DNA of 64,000 nt, taken from NCBI GenBank assembly GCA_002633005.1, contig NMRA01000010.1, positions 1,928,516-1,992,515 of the forward strand, written 5' to 3'. This DNA comes from Phoronis australis (lineage: Eukaryota > Animalia > Phoronida). Position numbers and translations under genes: made by a program. Positions 41,831 to 54,500 of the stretch are shown here, one piece after another. The notes below the pieces were generated by a model. It was not told the origin of the DNA, made no database searches, and saw only the letters and a program-made list of their open reading frames with translations. How positions within the stretch are numbered: position 1 is the stretch's first letter; each line of letters begins with the position of its first letter.

Positions 41831-43310
41831 TGACAACAAGCTACAAACCCAATGGAGTTTGGTTAAATTATTGAATTTTGACGTTATTTAGTTGAACAGG
41901 TAACATATTTCTGCATTTGAAGTTGCGTACGATGATTTCTCATTTGTATGTAAGGTTGATTTTTTCTCTCCGATGCAGTTTTCTCCTTTTCTCATACGCG
42001 AACACGAAAACATGACTTCACTAACTCCACTGACTGTCTCCACGACTCCAGTCTTTCTTAGACCTTTGAATCGAAGTATTGTCAGAGTCGTTTGTCTGGC
42101 AATTGGTTGTGTTGTAAATTTGAGCTAAAAGACAATTTTGTAAGTAGTCAAGTAATTTAAGGTTATTTATCAATAATTTGAACAAACTTGTCTAGTAGCA
42201 AGTGACAGAGTAGGCAATGACCATCGCCTCCTTTGGCCCGAAGCAGAGGCGATGTAGAGGCTATAGGCGCTCTGTACGCCGGAAGCTTTTCGGCGAATTT
42301 TGCCTCGCACCGACTTAACCATCAAAGTCACGTTGTTCTAAATACCTTTTGCGCATAGAGGAACACCTTAGGAGGTTGCCGATGTGTTTAATTCCTTCCA
42401 ACTCGAACAAATACTCCCGTTATGAAACTTTTTCTTCGAGCAGTCTCTATTTCAGTTCCCAAAATCGTGAACTCACCATTTTTATACTGCGCACGCTCCA
42501 ATTCATGACCTCAATCTTTAAATAGGCCAAAGGTGAGCCATTGCGGTCTTGTCAGTCAAATGTTCGTTTCCAAAATGCCACCACTTATACTTGTCTTTAA
42601 TTGGCGTTACTTGAAACTGATTGTATTTCAATGAATCATTGTTTGTATTTGATAAAAACAAATGCTGTTGATATGACATTTAATAGTCTTTTTGCACATA
42701 TTTGACATTTTAATGTTTAACAACACGGCAAATGCACGACTGGTTCCCGGCAGCACGTACGCGAAGGGCGGNTTTGCAATGGGCGCTAAATCCTGTTTAT
42801 TTGAAAAAAATTACAATTTAAAAATAATAGTCAGGATAGTTTTTGTTGTTATATATTTCAAAATGAAATAATAAGTGAATATTATTTAACTGAACTGAGG
42901 ATCGTCCTGGGCAACCAGACGCAAAAATATGGCGACTTGACAACAAGCTACAAACCCAATGGAGTTTGGTTAAATTATTGAATTTTGACGTTATTTAGTT
43001 GAACAGGTAACATATTTCTGCATTTGAAATTGCGTACGATGATTTCTCATTTGTATGTAAGGTTGATTTTTTCTCTGCGATGCAGTTTTCTCCTTTTCTC
43101 ATACGCGAACACGAAAACATGACTTCACTAACTCCACTGTCTCCACGACTCCAGTCTTTCTTAGACCTTTGAATCTAAGTATTGTCAGAGTCGTTTTTCT
43201 GGCAATTGGTTGTGTTGTAAATTTGTTCTAAAAGACAATTTTGTACGGAGTCGAGTAATTTAAGGTTATTTATCTATAATTTAAACAGACTTGTCTAGTA
43301 GCAAGTGACA
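41667..43310 (+). repeat. Near-identical direct duplication (41667-42207 vs 42773-43310) across a single-N join at 42772; probable uncollapsed haplotypes
   Basis: Copy 2 starts at the base after the N; SNP and small-indel differences only. Confidence 0.85.
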
Positions 43311-43391
43311 CAGGAGACAGTGTGGCTTAGACTAGAGCCGCTTGGAGGTTTGAGCTCCGGATTCCCATTTGGGAGAACGGGGTTGGAATCC

Positions 43392-43551
43392 TGGCGTGTG
43401 TTCAGTAGCGCTAGGACCTTCGCTAGGACCTAGCTAAAATCTAGCCAAAGTCATGTGTTCTAGTTTAAAATACACCACAATATCTCACATAATCTCGCGA
43501 AGTCTTGCCTTGTAGTGCTCAATGTCCTAGTGTTACTGAACGAAAGGCTGG
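43392..43551. mobile_element. Small MITE
   Basis: TTCAGTAGCGCTAGGAC mirrored by GTCCTAGTGTTACTGAA; similar GGCGTGTGTTC start at 49520. Confidence 0.5.
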
Positions 43552-44280
43552 CTTCACTGGCAGACAATTGAACAATGCACAAAAGTGTCTTCTACTCCTC
43601 TGAGCTCGGTCTTACTAGTGATTGAATGAACGTATGCAAGGGAATGAAAGAGAACCATTTCACAATATTTGACTTCGAGAATAAATTGTAAAGAAGAGAA
43701 GACACAAAGTATATATAACACAACACAATCACCAGGCACTGGCACCAGGTTTTTGAACATAACATTCCCACATATTAACAATAGTTCTCCAAAAGTGTCT
43801 GAAAATAAGGTGGTCAGTCTGGCATCACCCAGTGGCCATACCGTGAAGTATTATTAGGATGGCGAGCTTTTTTGTGTTGTGAATATTATCCAAAGCCATT
43901 CAAATACCTAGTAGTTGGTCCATCAATGCTGGGTCTGGTTGATTGAAAATGTACTGAAAACCTGAAACCCCAACAAATACAGGTTTAATTGTTAATAAAG
44001 TTCCTTTTATCCATTATATTTGCAGGTGAATTAAATACAGTCTCATTATCCGTGTAATTTTTTGGTTACGTGCTGACGAACATCCTTTGCCTGCAGTGTT
44101 TTTTACGCCATTGTCACAACTTATTTTGGTCCACTGAGCAACATAATATGCATATTTATGACAGAAAACTGAAATGAAAATAATCACAGGGGGTAACTTC
44201 CCAAAGCCTCCCCTTTTTACACAGATGACATCTGAGACTTTCAAAGCTACTGGACTTTGCCAAAAGTTGAATTTGAGATC

Positions 44281-44357
44281 AACCCCATGGTGGATTCGAA
44301 TCCAAGATCTTTCAAGTCACAGTCTTATGCTTACCAAGTTGAGCTAGAACCTCGGCC
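44281..44357 (-). pseudogene. tRNA-like relic / different SINE head
   Basis: Minus strand: TAGCTCAACTTGGTAAGC (A box), GACTGTGAC loop, GGATTCGAATCC (B box); acceptor stem does not pair. Confidence 0.45.
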
Positions 44358-45404
44358 ATATTTGAAATATTAGGCATTGATGATACAGCGACCATTGCTT
44401 GTTAAGGTCTCCTGTTTTGGAATTTTTTAAAAGAGTGCAATTTCAAGTGCTGATATCAAATCTTTTCTAATAAACATTCTCCACAATCTTTTGTCCAACA
44501 CTGGCAGGATCGCGCATGCTGATTACCTGTTTAATAATTTAGCAAACCTTTACAGATTGAAATTGCTTTACTCTACATGTCAAATGTAATCTTTTGATCA
44601 GCATTCCTGATATTGCTGGTGGTTAGCAGTACCTGTTCTTGTACCATACGTATATGTTGACAGAATACATGGTACCATGTAACAGGGTGTGTTTCTAATG
44701 TAGAGAGTCAGGATGAAATCTCTCAAGTTGAATCCAAAATCAAAGTTGCGTTGGCCTTTGCTACAAAAATCTTATTCAGTTACGTAATAACCCGACTTTG
44801 CTTGGATATCTAGAAATGGCTGAATATTCATCCACTACTTCAGGCTCATTTCTGAGGAAATTTTGTGCTTACTGAAACTTTCACTGCTTTTTCCTAGGTG
44901 TGTTGATGTTGTCAACTGAACTTACTTGTTTGATTTGTTACTGTGTCAAATTTTGGTGCGATGAGTTTGTCATACTTGTGTTGAGTTTGAAAACCTGCTC
45001 AAGGAGTTTGAAGTATTGGGGAAATTAGCCGTTTCTTAAACAAATTATGACATTTTGAATTTTTTTGGTACCAGATCAATCAATTTTTTCTCAGACTTGA
45101 CATTCAAACTCCCCACAATATGTACGTGGACTATGGAACATGTACATTGAATTTTGTAATCTCAGCCATGTTTGAATTTTCTGTGCAGTGTATATGCAGG
45201 GTTATACAATAATGAATTTGAACTATATTTCACTTGGAGACCAAGGATGCCCTACAGGGAGTATAACCACAGCTTTTGTAGGAAAACCATTTAATTCATA
45301 CTCACAGTTATTAAGCCTCACTTTCATCATGTTTGCTTAACGGTGTGAGAATGTGCCTACATTAGCTTACAGGTTTGCTCATCTCTCTAGATAGGTACAC
45401 CAAG

Positions 45405-45550
45405 ATGTCGAATGAAGTGGGTACCCCATTAAGTGGTAACAACAACAAACTGCCTCAGATCACTCGCAGCATGGTGTCGCCTACGCCTCATAACAGTGCT
45501 CCGTCGCTACGAGGCCAGGCTGCGCAGTGGGCGACAAACGTCAGGCGAAG
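45405..45550 (+). CDS. DNHD1: DNHD1-like coding exon 1 (exon acceptor at 45373)
   Basis: ttacag| ... AAGATG TCG...CGA AG|gttagt; MSNEVGTPLSGNNNKLPQITRS...ATNVRR; ends phase 2. Confidence 0.75.
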
Positions 45551-48500
45551 GTTAGTAGGAACTTGATCAGTTTCCACTCATTGTGAAAAAGTTAGAAAAC
45601 CTTTGAAATTAGTATTTGCTAAGGGTCGAAAATGCCCCCTCTTTGGGAAATTTTGCATGCAGACTTTGAAACAAGAGGCACTCTTTCATGATAGATTGAA
45701 TTTGTTCCAACACATTGCACAGTTGTGTGGTTAAATGTCTTGCCAATTTCGGGTAAAAATGATTGCCAAAATTGATCATTTTTATATTCAAGTGATTCCG
45801 GTGTTCTGATTGGCCAACATTTCTCAAAACTTTGGCTGATGGTAGGTGTGGTATTGAACTTAAATTGCTGAAACATTTATTTGGTGCTAGTTATCGTTTA
45901 TGAGAAAAAAGAAATTTCTATTCTCCACCACTTTGTGTGCTAAATTGGTGAGATTTTACTGTTATAGTCCTACATTTCAGTCCCCTTTTAGTATGGTTTG
46001 GATGTGGATTCTTTAATAAATCAAATAACACTACTGATTTGGAGTCCAAATAGCAGTGATACTACATTTTGGTTGTCATCAAAATTGTTGAGTACTCAAA
46101 AACAAAACTAACTTGATGTTCAATGACTGATATGTTTACAACTTCAGCTATTACAATATGACAATGTGTGGTCATTTGGTGAAGTTTGACTGTTTTCGAT
46201 AATAATCTTATATACGTTGTAGGTTAATGGAAGCGAGAGAAGAGGACAATGTTTACCCTACTGAATCTGACATTGAGGAGTTGAGACAAGACATTATCAG
46301 TGCTTTCATCACTGCACTACAGAGCGACAGGTTAGTGCTTTTGTCTGGAGCCTTGTCTTTGTCATAGATCTTGTCCATATCACATACCTGCTAGGTTTTT
46401 ACTGGTCTTTTAGCTTGTATAAAATAAGACAAGTGTTCTGCAAAGAAGCATTTTGTATTTTGATTGCTTACCACTTCAATGCAGGATTCGACGTGTTCCT
46501 CACACAGATGAGAAGGGGGTTCATTAATTATTGCTTGTGACCATGCTCGGCGCATAAAATGACCGACTGTGACAAGCCAACCTGTTGAGCTAGGTGTTGA
46601 CCAATAGTGAATGTTGAGCCTGGTGTTGAGCAATAATGAATGTTGAGCTTGGTGTTGAGCAGTAGCGACTTTTGAGCCTGGTGTTGAGCCATAATGACTG
46701 TTGAGCCTGGTGTTGAGTAATAACAACTGTTGAGCCTGGTGTTGAGCCATAATGACTGTTGCGCCTGGTGTTGAGCAATAATGACTGTTGAGCCTATTGT
46801 TGAGTAATAACGATTGTTGATCCTAGTGTTGAGCAATAACGACTGTTGAGCCTGGTGTTTAGCAATAACGAACAGTCCAGTTCTTTCCAAGCTCAGAAAT
46901 ACATCTAATTTAACTAAAGAACAATTTAATTGAGATCAAGTTTGTATCTGTATGTGTTCTTAATAAAAAGTTAGTTTGTGGGTGATTTGTCGCAGCTTTT
47001 AGAAGTCGACTTGTTCTATGAAATACACATTGGGTGATTTTCTTGGTGATTTTTTGGCACATAACCAGATGGACTTGGCATTATACAACAAGTAATTTCT
47101 CTTGCCTCCCATCCCAAATCAAACCAAGCAGCTTCAACCCCTTGTCATATACCTTCTTATCATTAGAGTCTGATGCTGGCAAAATTTGTTAATTTCAGTC
47201 ATGTGCAGTGGTTGTTATTGCAAGAACGGATGGCCCTTCTACTTCCAATCAAAGACATTCTGGTGAATTTACCAGAGGTAAGTTGATGAATTTCTGTGGA
47301 GCAGATGCATTGTGGGTGTGCGCGTGCGTGCATGTGTGTCTGTTTATGTCTGTGTCTGTCTGTCTGTGTCTGTCTATGTCTGTCTGTCTGGATGTGCCTA
47401 GTGTTAATACAAAGACTTAGTTCTCCCATAACGAAATCATTGTTAACCACCTTAGGGGAGTTGAGCTTTGAATAGCCTGGTGTCTGTTACATGAAAGGTG
47501 ACTATGACTTGATAAAAAACTTGATCTTTCTGATTTTTCGTATAGGGATCAAGAATTGGTTTGCAGCAAGCACGTCATTTTAGCATTGTCACCCTTCTTA
47601 AGCTATTGAATAACACCTTTGCAGTGGGACTTGGTATTAATCGTATAACTTTTAACAATCTGCTCTGGGACGTGCTCTTAATCTGATGGGTAACTTTTGA
47701 CAATAAAGACTGCTGAGAAGTACATGTTATCTGACTTGTCCATATTTTTGTGTTGTGTTCACAGGTGCAGCATTATTTAGAGAGGATTATTCACCATTTC
47801 ACGGTGAACAAAGTTCGACTGTTTGACATTCAACTGCTGAATGCATTGAGCCAAGTCTTTCCAACGGTAAGTTTATAGATTTTACCAGAAATCAAGGAAT
47901 GTAGCGACGTTTCTTCCAAATGATGACTGACGTCTTCGTGGAAGCTCTGTTGTAATATTTCATTCTCTAATACTTCGACACGCAACAGTTATTGGGCAAA
48001 TGTTCAGATATTGAATTTTCATGCATTTCAATTGAACGATTTTCATACGCATATGATGTCATAAACTCTCTATTATCAGATTGCCTATGCTGTTGCCAGA
48101 AGGCAACAAAGATCTTAACAGACATTCTGCATCTACCTCCCATATGTTCATGATTATAAACTCTTTAATCCCTTTCCATTTCAGGAGTATGATCGGCTCA
48201 GATCTCAAGGTGCTAATCCCCCACATTCTTACGGCACTCCCGAACAATCGCCTCGCGCCTCACCCATCCTTACTCCCTGGCACAAACCTCCAATGGTGAA
48301 GCCTTTTGAGTTCCTGCCGCCATCGAACAAATGGAAAAAGAACAACAAATTCAATTTGCCTGATGGAAAAAATCCCTACGACACCTTCGTGCCTGTGAGT
48401 TGTTATTCGGTAATCGTGTTTTGTGGAAAAAATTAGTTTGGAAATATTTATTTAAAACAAGAATCTGTCAGCTAGTTGATGCCAAGGGTTGCGTATAGCT

Positions 48501-51500
48501 GTGTTTAGCGCTGTGTTTAGCACTGTGTTTAGCGCTGTGTTTAGCACTGTGTTTAGCGCTGTGTTTAGCGCTGTGTTTAGCGCTGTGTTTAGCGCTGTGT
48601 TTAGCGCTGTGTTTAGCGCTGTGTTTAGCGCTGTGTTTAGCGCTGTGTTTAGCGCTGTGTTTAGCGCTGTGTTTAGCGCTGTCCACCATTTGTACAACAG
48701 TGTTCTCTACAATCTACTTTGCCTCGTCACTGCATTGAGTTTGAATTTCGCAGTGACAAGTTTGGTTAACTTGCGTCAAGTTTGTAAACCTATGTAACGA
48801 GTTTGTGGTATTGGGAAATTTGTCATACCTGAAGTAAATTATGACATTTTGGATTTCTGGTACCAGTTCAATACATTTATTACAAAATCTAGCACTCAAA
48901 CTCCCCACAGTATGGACATGGACTTATGGACATGTTCATGTATTTTGTAATTCCAGTCGAGCGTGAATTTTCTGTTGTGGAGAACACTGTACAAAATTAC
49001 ACGTTATTCCATGATCAATGTGGTTGTTCAAAATGTTAACTTGTTGTGAATTAAAGTTGAAAACTATGCTTATGGTACAATCTTTTACAATTTTTTTGTA
49101 AGAAAGTACTGTTTCGATAGTATTAATCTATTTGTTGGGGTTTCTATGAGACTAGTTAACGTGTGTTGTTTTTCCTCTAGGAATCTGATGAGAGAATGCA
49201 TACTGGCCAAATCAAGTTGACAGATCTGAGACTGTTCATTCCTGGAGTGTTATCAGAACTGGCTAATGGTAAAAAAACAATGTTTACTGTGTAATGTTAA
49301 AAAATGTTCACTGGCCGATGGTAAAAAGCAATGTTTACCAGGCAATGGTAAAAACAATGTTTACTGGACGATGGTAAAAAACAATGTTTACTGGCCGATG
49401 CTAAAAAACAATATTTTTTGGCCTATATTTCGCCGCTTTCCATTGTAAAACTGGTCTTGTTCTTTACTAGTAACAGATTAGATTTATTGGCTTGACAAGT
49501 TTGCTATCACTTGAGACCAGGCGTGTGTTCCGTACACTTAGGTGAGAATCTCACAAAAACACAAGAACACACAGGGTGTCGCCATGTATTTTGAATGAAG
49601 CTCTTGATCACATTAGCTTGTGTAGCGAGGTTCTTGCGTATGTGAAACTACACCCAGGCATTGTGCAGAAATGACCAGCCAAGTCATGTCAGCTGATTTA
49701 GCATGGTGTTGAGTAATAGTGACCTTTCAATTCTACCCAAACACCAACCACTTCTAATCTAAGTAAGAACAGCTTATTATGACTTATTCTTATTAAAATG
49801 ACATGGGCAAGAAATTGAATTTTGGTGCTCAAAAGTGGGGCCCTGTATTAATATAGGAGGGAACGCTCTTCAGTCCCCTTCTGGTGGGCTCATCCATATT
49901 TGTATAGGTGCACCCCTTCTCGGACCCCTTCGACCGGGGCTGCTATTTTAATATAGGTGGCCCCACTTTTGAGCCCAAAATTCAATTTCTTGCTCATGTC
50001 ATTTGAATAACAATAAGTCATTTAAAATTATAAGCTGTTTAAGGAACAACTTGAGATCAGTTCAACACTGTGGTAAGTGTACTAAATTGACTATTAGGTT
50101 CTTGAACTCACGGTTGGTACGTGGCAGCTCTAATGACCAATAAAAACTGTTTATTGCCTCTTTATTTTCTCTGTTCAATTTACAGTCACGTGGCCATTGT
50201 CACTGTGTGAAAATCAAAGGTGCATTTCAATCCTGTTTAGTGGCTAAAAAACAAAAATTGAATTAGGACTTTTATTGTCACAAAATCAGACTCATAACAT
50301 TCCTTATGATGATAGGATTCATACCAGCATGAGTATCAAATCTGTCAATGACTTGAGAAAAAGTTTCAGATTTTGTTCATTGGCAAACCCTAAATTTGTA
50401 GATTTGTAAGTACTAAAACACTTTCTATTAAGTTTGTTTGGATTTCTATAGCTCAGTAGACTAGAACATCAGCTCAGTTAGCAAAAGTCTCAGGTTTGAG
50501 CTCCAATCAGGGCAGAGTTCTTTTCATACTTAACTATAGGTCATGTGATGTGACCAACATAGAGTGTTCATGAAGACTAATAATTCTTGCTGATGTGATA
50601 TCAAGATGCTGATTTATAGCAAGGCAATTATATTTTTTGTTATTATTATTATTATTATTATGATGATGATTATTGTTATTATCATCGTCATCATCATCAT
50701 CATTTCAGATGAGTCAGTGTGGGGTCGTTCGGCAGGTCTGATGTCACAGGCCGCTGACGTGGACATCCCAGAGGACATTAAACGCATCGTCACAGTCAAG
50801 AAATCGCCAAAGGAAGTGAAGGCACTGATCGAAGAAGGTGGTCCGGAAATACCAGCAGAGGTCGGTAATGGCTTGTTAAACTACCAGGCTGGTGAATTAT
50901 GGTGTTTGAATTCATCACATAGAGACCAACAGTTTCCCGTTAAAGCGGCCTTAACATTATTTTTGTTTCTAATGTGCACTTCAAACTAACCTGTTGTTTA
51001 ATTGTGATACATTTTCTCCTTGCCTGATGTTATGTACTGGGGACATCCACAATTCAATGCTAGACTGCTTAACGTTTCTTGACAGACATGGACAAAAAGA
51101 ACCAAATATCAGGCATCTCCATGCCAATTTCTTGATGTCAGCACTGGCTCTATGTGTTCTGCTTTATATAACTAGCATTAGAGTGGTAACTTACAATAGT
51201 GCAGGCTGAATTCTGTGTTAAACTGAAGGAAGAGTTTCTTCCGGTGCTCGGCATTGTGGTTAAATTTTGCGGTATCAGAGAGGTGATTTCGTATTTCTGA
51301 TGTGTTTTTTAGCTACCATAAAGTTGTTCATGTACTTCATTTATGTGTTGTGTTGCACGAATGAAAGTCTACAATTAATCTACAGTTTATGATCTTGGTA
51401 ATTTAAATGTGACCTTAATGACATGATAATGCCTGACACTGTAAATGTCTGTTCTCGTGTTTCAGAAGCTGCCCAAGGAGCCTATGACAGGCCGGCAAGC

Positions 51501-54500
51501 AGTGATGTACTTTGCCAAGTGTTATCACGTGGGAAAGATCCGTCACATGTACTTCAATATCGCCCCCAGTCGACATTACCAGCCATATGACTTGATCGCT
51601 GTGCCAAAGAACAAGGTAATTACACTAATTCCAGGTCATGCTATTTTGCATTGTCAGAGTACTAATTAACGAGTTCAGCCTAGGTCCCAAGGTCAGTGAG
51701 TGCAGCTTTTGGTTACTCAGGGTTTGTATAGATCACAATCAGTGGTGGCAGTAATAAAGCCTGTTTCAGAATAATTTGCAAGATGAAAGGTTTATTAATT
51801 AAACTACGATAACAAAATTTTTTCAAGTGTTGGAGACATCATATCAGAAGGTGAATTTGGCGTTCGATGGATAAATTTCAAAATGACATCCATTGAAAAT
51901 GGCGGACACTGTGACTTAAATGTCTTGATATTGACAGCATTCGGCAAATTTATAAAAACCGGTCTCAGATTGCAGATTCTGAAGTAGTCTCTGAGAACAC
52001 CTGAAATTGTCAGTTGTTTCTAAGCCCAAAAATCAGTTGAGACCAATTTTCTGTTGTTTAATTTGAAACTTAGACATTATATCTCTTTGTTATAAGAAGG
52101 ATACTTTTCAATAATAAAATATCCGTGTTTGTCACTTTTCTTGTTTTATTCCCAGATCAACCCTGAACACTATGTCTTCTCAACCTTCGGTGTCCTTCAT
52201 GTCTACGGTGACCGACCTTCAGAGAATATGTCCTTGGCAGATTGGCACCGGGAGTCCGTCTTCTATAAAGCAATCCGTTTTATTCCCTTCTTTAGAGACT
52301 ACTTGCCTAGGAAGATATTCAGGAGGTACTGTGTCGTGTGTTCTATCAGTTACAAAATTACTGGGTAAATTGCTAATATCAAGGAAATAACTTGGAAGAG
52401 AAACTGTAAAATTAAGATGCACATTGCACTTTGTGTGTGCTTTTTGTTGGACACGGCATGAGACGGTAGTAATTAAGACGACATTGTGGTAAAATTTATC
52501 CTTTTAGTTAGCGGTCTGCCTCTAGCTAGCTACCATATGAATGTTGAACATTAAGCATAAGTTAAATAGACAGAAATTTATGATTTTTAGAAGTCATGTT
52601 GCTTTTGAACAGATGGTACATGTTTTGAAACTGATCATCTTACTGGGTTTCTTGCTCTTTGTTACGTAGTTTATGTAGCTTGTTTTCCTGAGTGCTGAAC
52701 ACAGGAAGACCTTGGGTGAGTTATGTGTAAGCAAACATTACACATTTACGAAGTGAAGATGCAACACCTGGCTGAAGGCATAATATTTGAGTCAAGTCCT
52801 TCACTCTTACTGTCATGTTCTAGGTGGTTAGCTAACAAGCGGTATGCCCAGTTTGTCCGCCATCATAAGGACATCTCAAAGAAGCTCATTCCCGCCATCC
52901 CAACATACGGTCAGTCTTATCTGGAGGTGGCACGTCTGCTTCAAGAGCTGGAGGTGTTGCAGTTCTTGCCACTCGATGCAGAGTGAGTAGTTCAAAATCA
53001 CTACACTACCTCATTTGTAGTCCACCAGGGGGAGTGTTTATCTTTGTTATGAATAAACAGGTTTGATGCCATGCTTGAGGTTGCTGGACATGAGTTTGGC
53101 AAATATGGCTTCTATAATTCAAATTAAGCCAAGCTTTTTTGCATGTCATACATGAAAATGGTTGTAAATATCCCCAAAGCTGCTTATCTTTGTGTTCCCT
53201 AGCAACCATCACAGATCGGATATTTCGGGGGACCCTGATTAAATTTTTCACGATTATTTTTAGAGTTTGCAAGGACACACAGCTTTGGGGAATTTTTGAA
53301 CCTAGATCAAAAATTATGGTTAATTTCGATATTTGAAGTACAAGAAAATTAGTTTAATTTAAATTTACTTTTAGTTGTCTTGGTTGCAAAACTTAGATCC
53401 AGCAGCTATAAAATTACTTTCTCTGTCATGTTTAATAATTTAACATTTACTGATAAATAGGTGAATGTGACACTGTTCTCTGTTGTAGCTGGGAAATCAC
53501 ATTTTGTTAATAATTTCATTTTCATTTTCAGAAAAACGTACCACCTATCTGAGTTCGAAAGCAACGTGAATCATAGAAACCAAACAGCTGAGAAAAATCT
53601 GGGAAAATTTTTCATGTAAGTTTTACTTAAACGTTGTTCGCATTTTGTATAATAATACACTTGGTATGGTGACATCTCATCTTGTTAACAACACACAATA
53701 AATATTAAAAAAAGCAATTTTTCGAGAACAAAATTACAATAACCAACTCCTAACATGATCAAGGAATATTTACTATATCTGTAGAATTTTGTTTAGTCAT
53801 TGCTAATGGAAATTATCAGAATAGTATCTGGGTCATTCTCAGCTATTCAGCAATTATTGTGGGACAGGGCATGAAAAATTAAATTTCATAATTATTACCA
53901 TTTTTATTCTTTATGACAAAGTCTGGTGCCTACTCTTCACAACTTTGAACTTGAGAAGATAATTTGGTTTTTAATTTACATATAATTTTGGCATTATCAT
54001 TCTATAATAAAAAGTTGCGGACGTTACTTTTTGAGGGTTGACATCAATTTTCATACGATAGTTTTGTCAAATAATCTTAATAACATGTGTTTTCCATTGC
54101 AAATGTTCCCATCTAACAAGCATATATATAATAATTGAATTCCTCCAATAAAAAATATTATCTCAATTACTTATGTCGCGTTGTGGACGTTACTCATATT
54201 TTGACATGTTATAGTTTTGGCATGGTATTATAACTTTATTAGCAACTAAAAAGTCATGATTAGGTTTTGTATTAGTCCTAGGCCAATACTTACCAGTAGA
54301 GCTTGTGCAGAGAATTGCTGACCTTTTTGTTTTATACTATGTTGACGTTTGGANTTTGTTCGGTGTACTTTAATGTGAGAAAAAACTACCCAAATGCGTA
54401 AAAACATAATGAAACAAATACTCTGTCAACATGTCACAAAATGGCCGCCCCAAAAATCGCTCATTGTAATTAAAACGCAACTTATATTCATGCAATTTTT

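Noticed and set aside
41667-43310. Genuine tandem duplication of the DNHD1 promoter/first exon
   Set aside because: Second copy begins exactly at an N join, the same pattern as at 789; an allelic overlap is more parsimonious
40750-44357. tRNA-like sequences at ~40750-40810, ~43320-43395 and 44281-44357 as functional tRNA genes
   Set aside because: A/B-box remnants only; acceptor and anticodon stems do not pair; better explained as SINE heads or pseudogenes (tRNAscan-SE would settle it)
46391-46890. Repeat-protein-like ORFs and CRISPR-like periodicity
   Set aside because: 29-bp minisatellite whose inter-core segments are homologous rather than unique spacers; eukaryotic intron; no cas genes
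48452-48797. Repetitive ORFs (TALN, AKHS, FSAV)
   Set aside because: Translations of a 12-bp intronic tandem repeat
50606-50708. Apparent signal peptide / poly-Ile transmembrane segment in ORF 50606-50989
   Set aside because: Intronic microsatellite read in frame with exon 7
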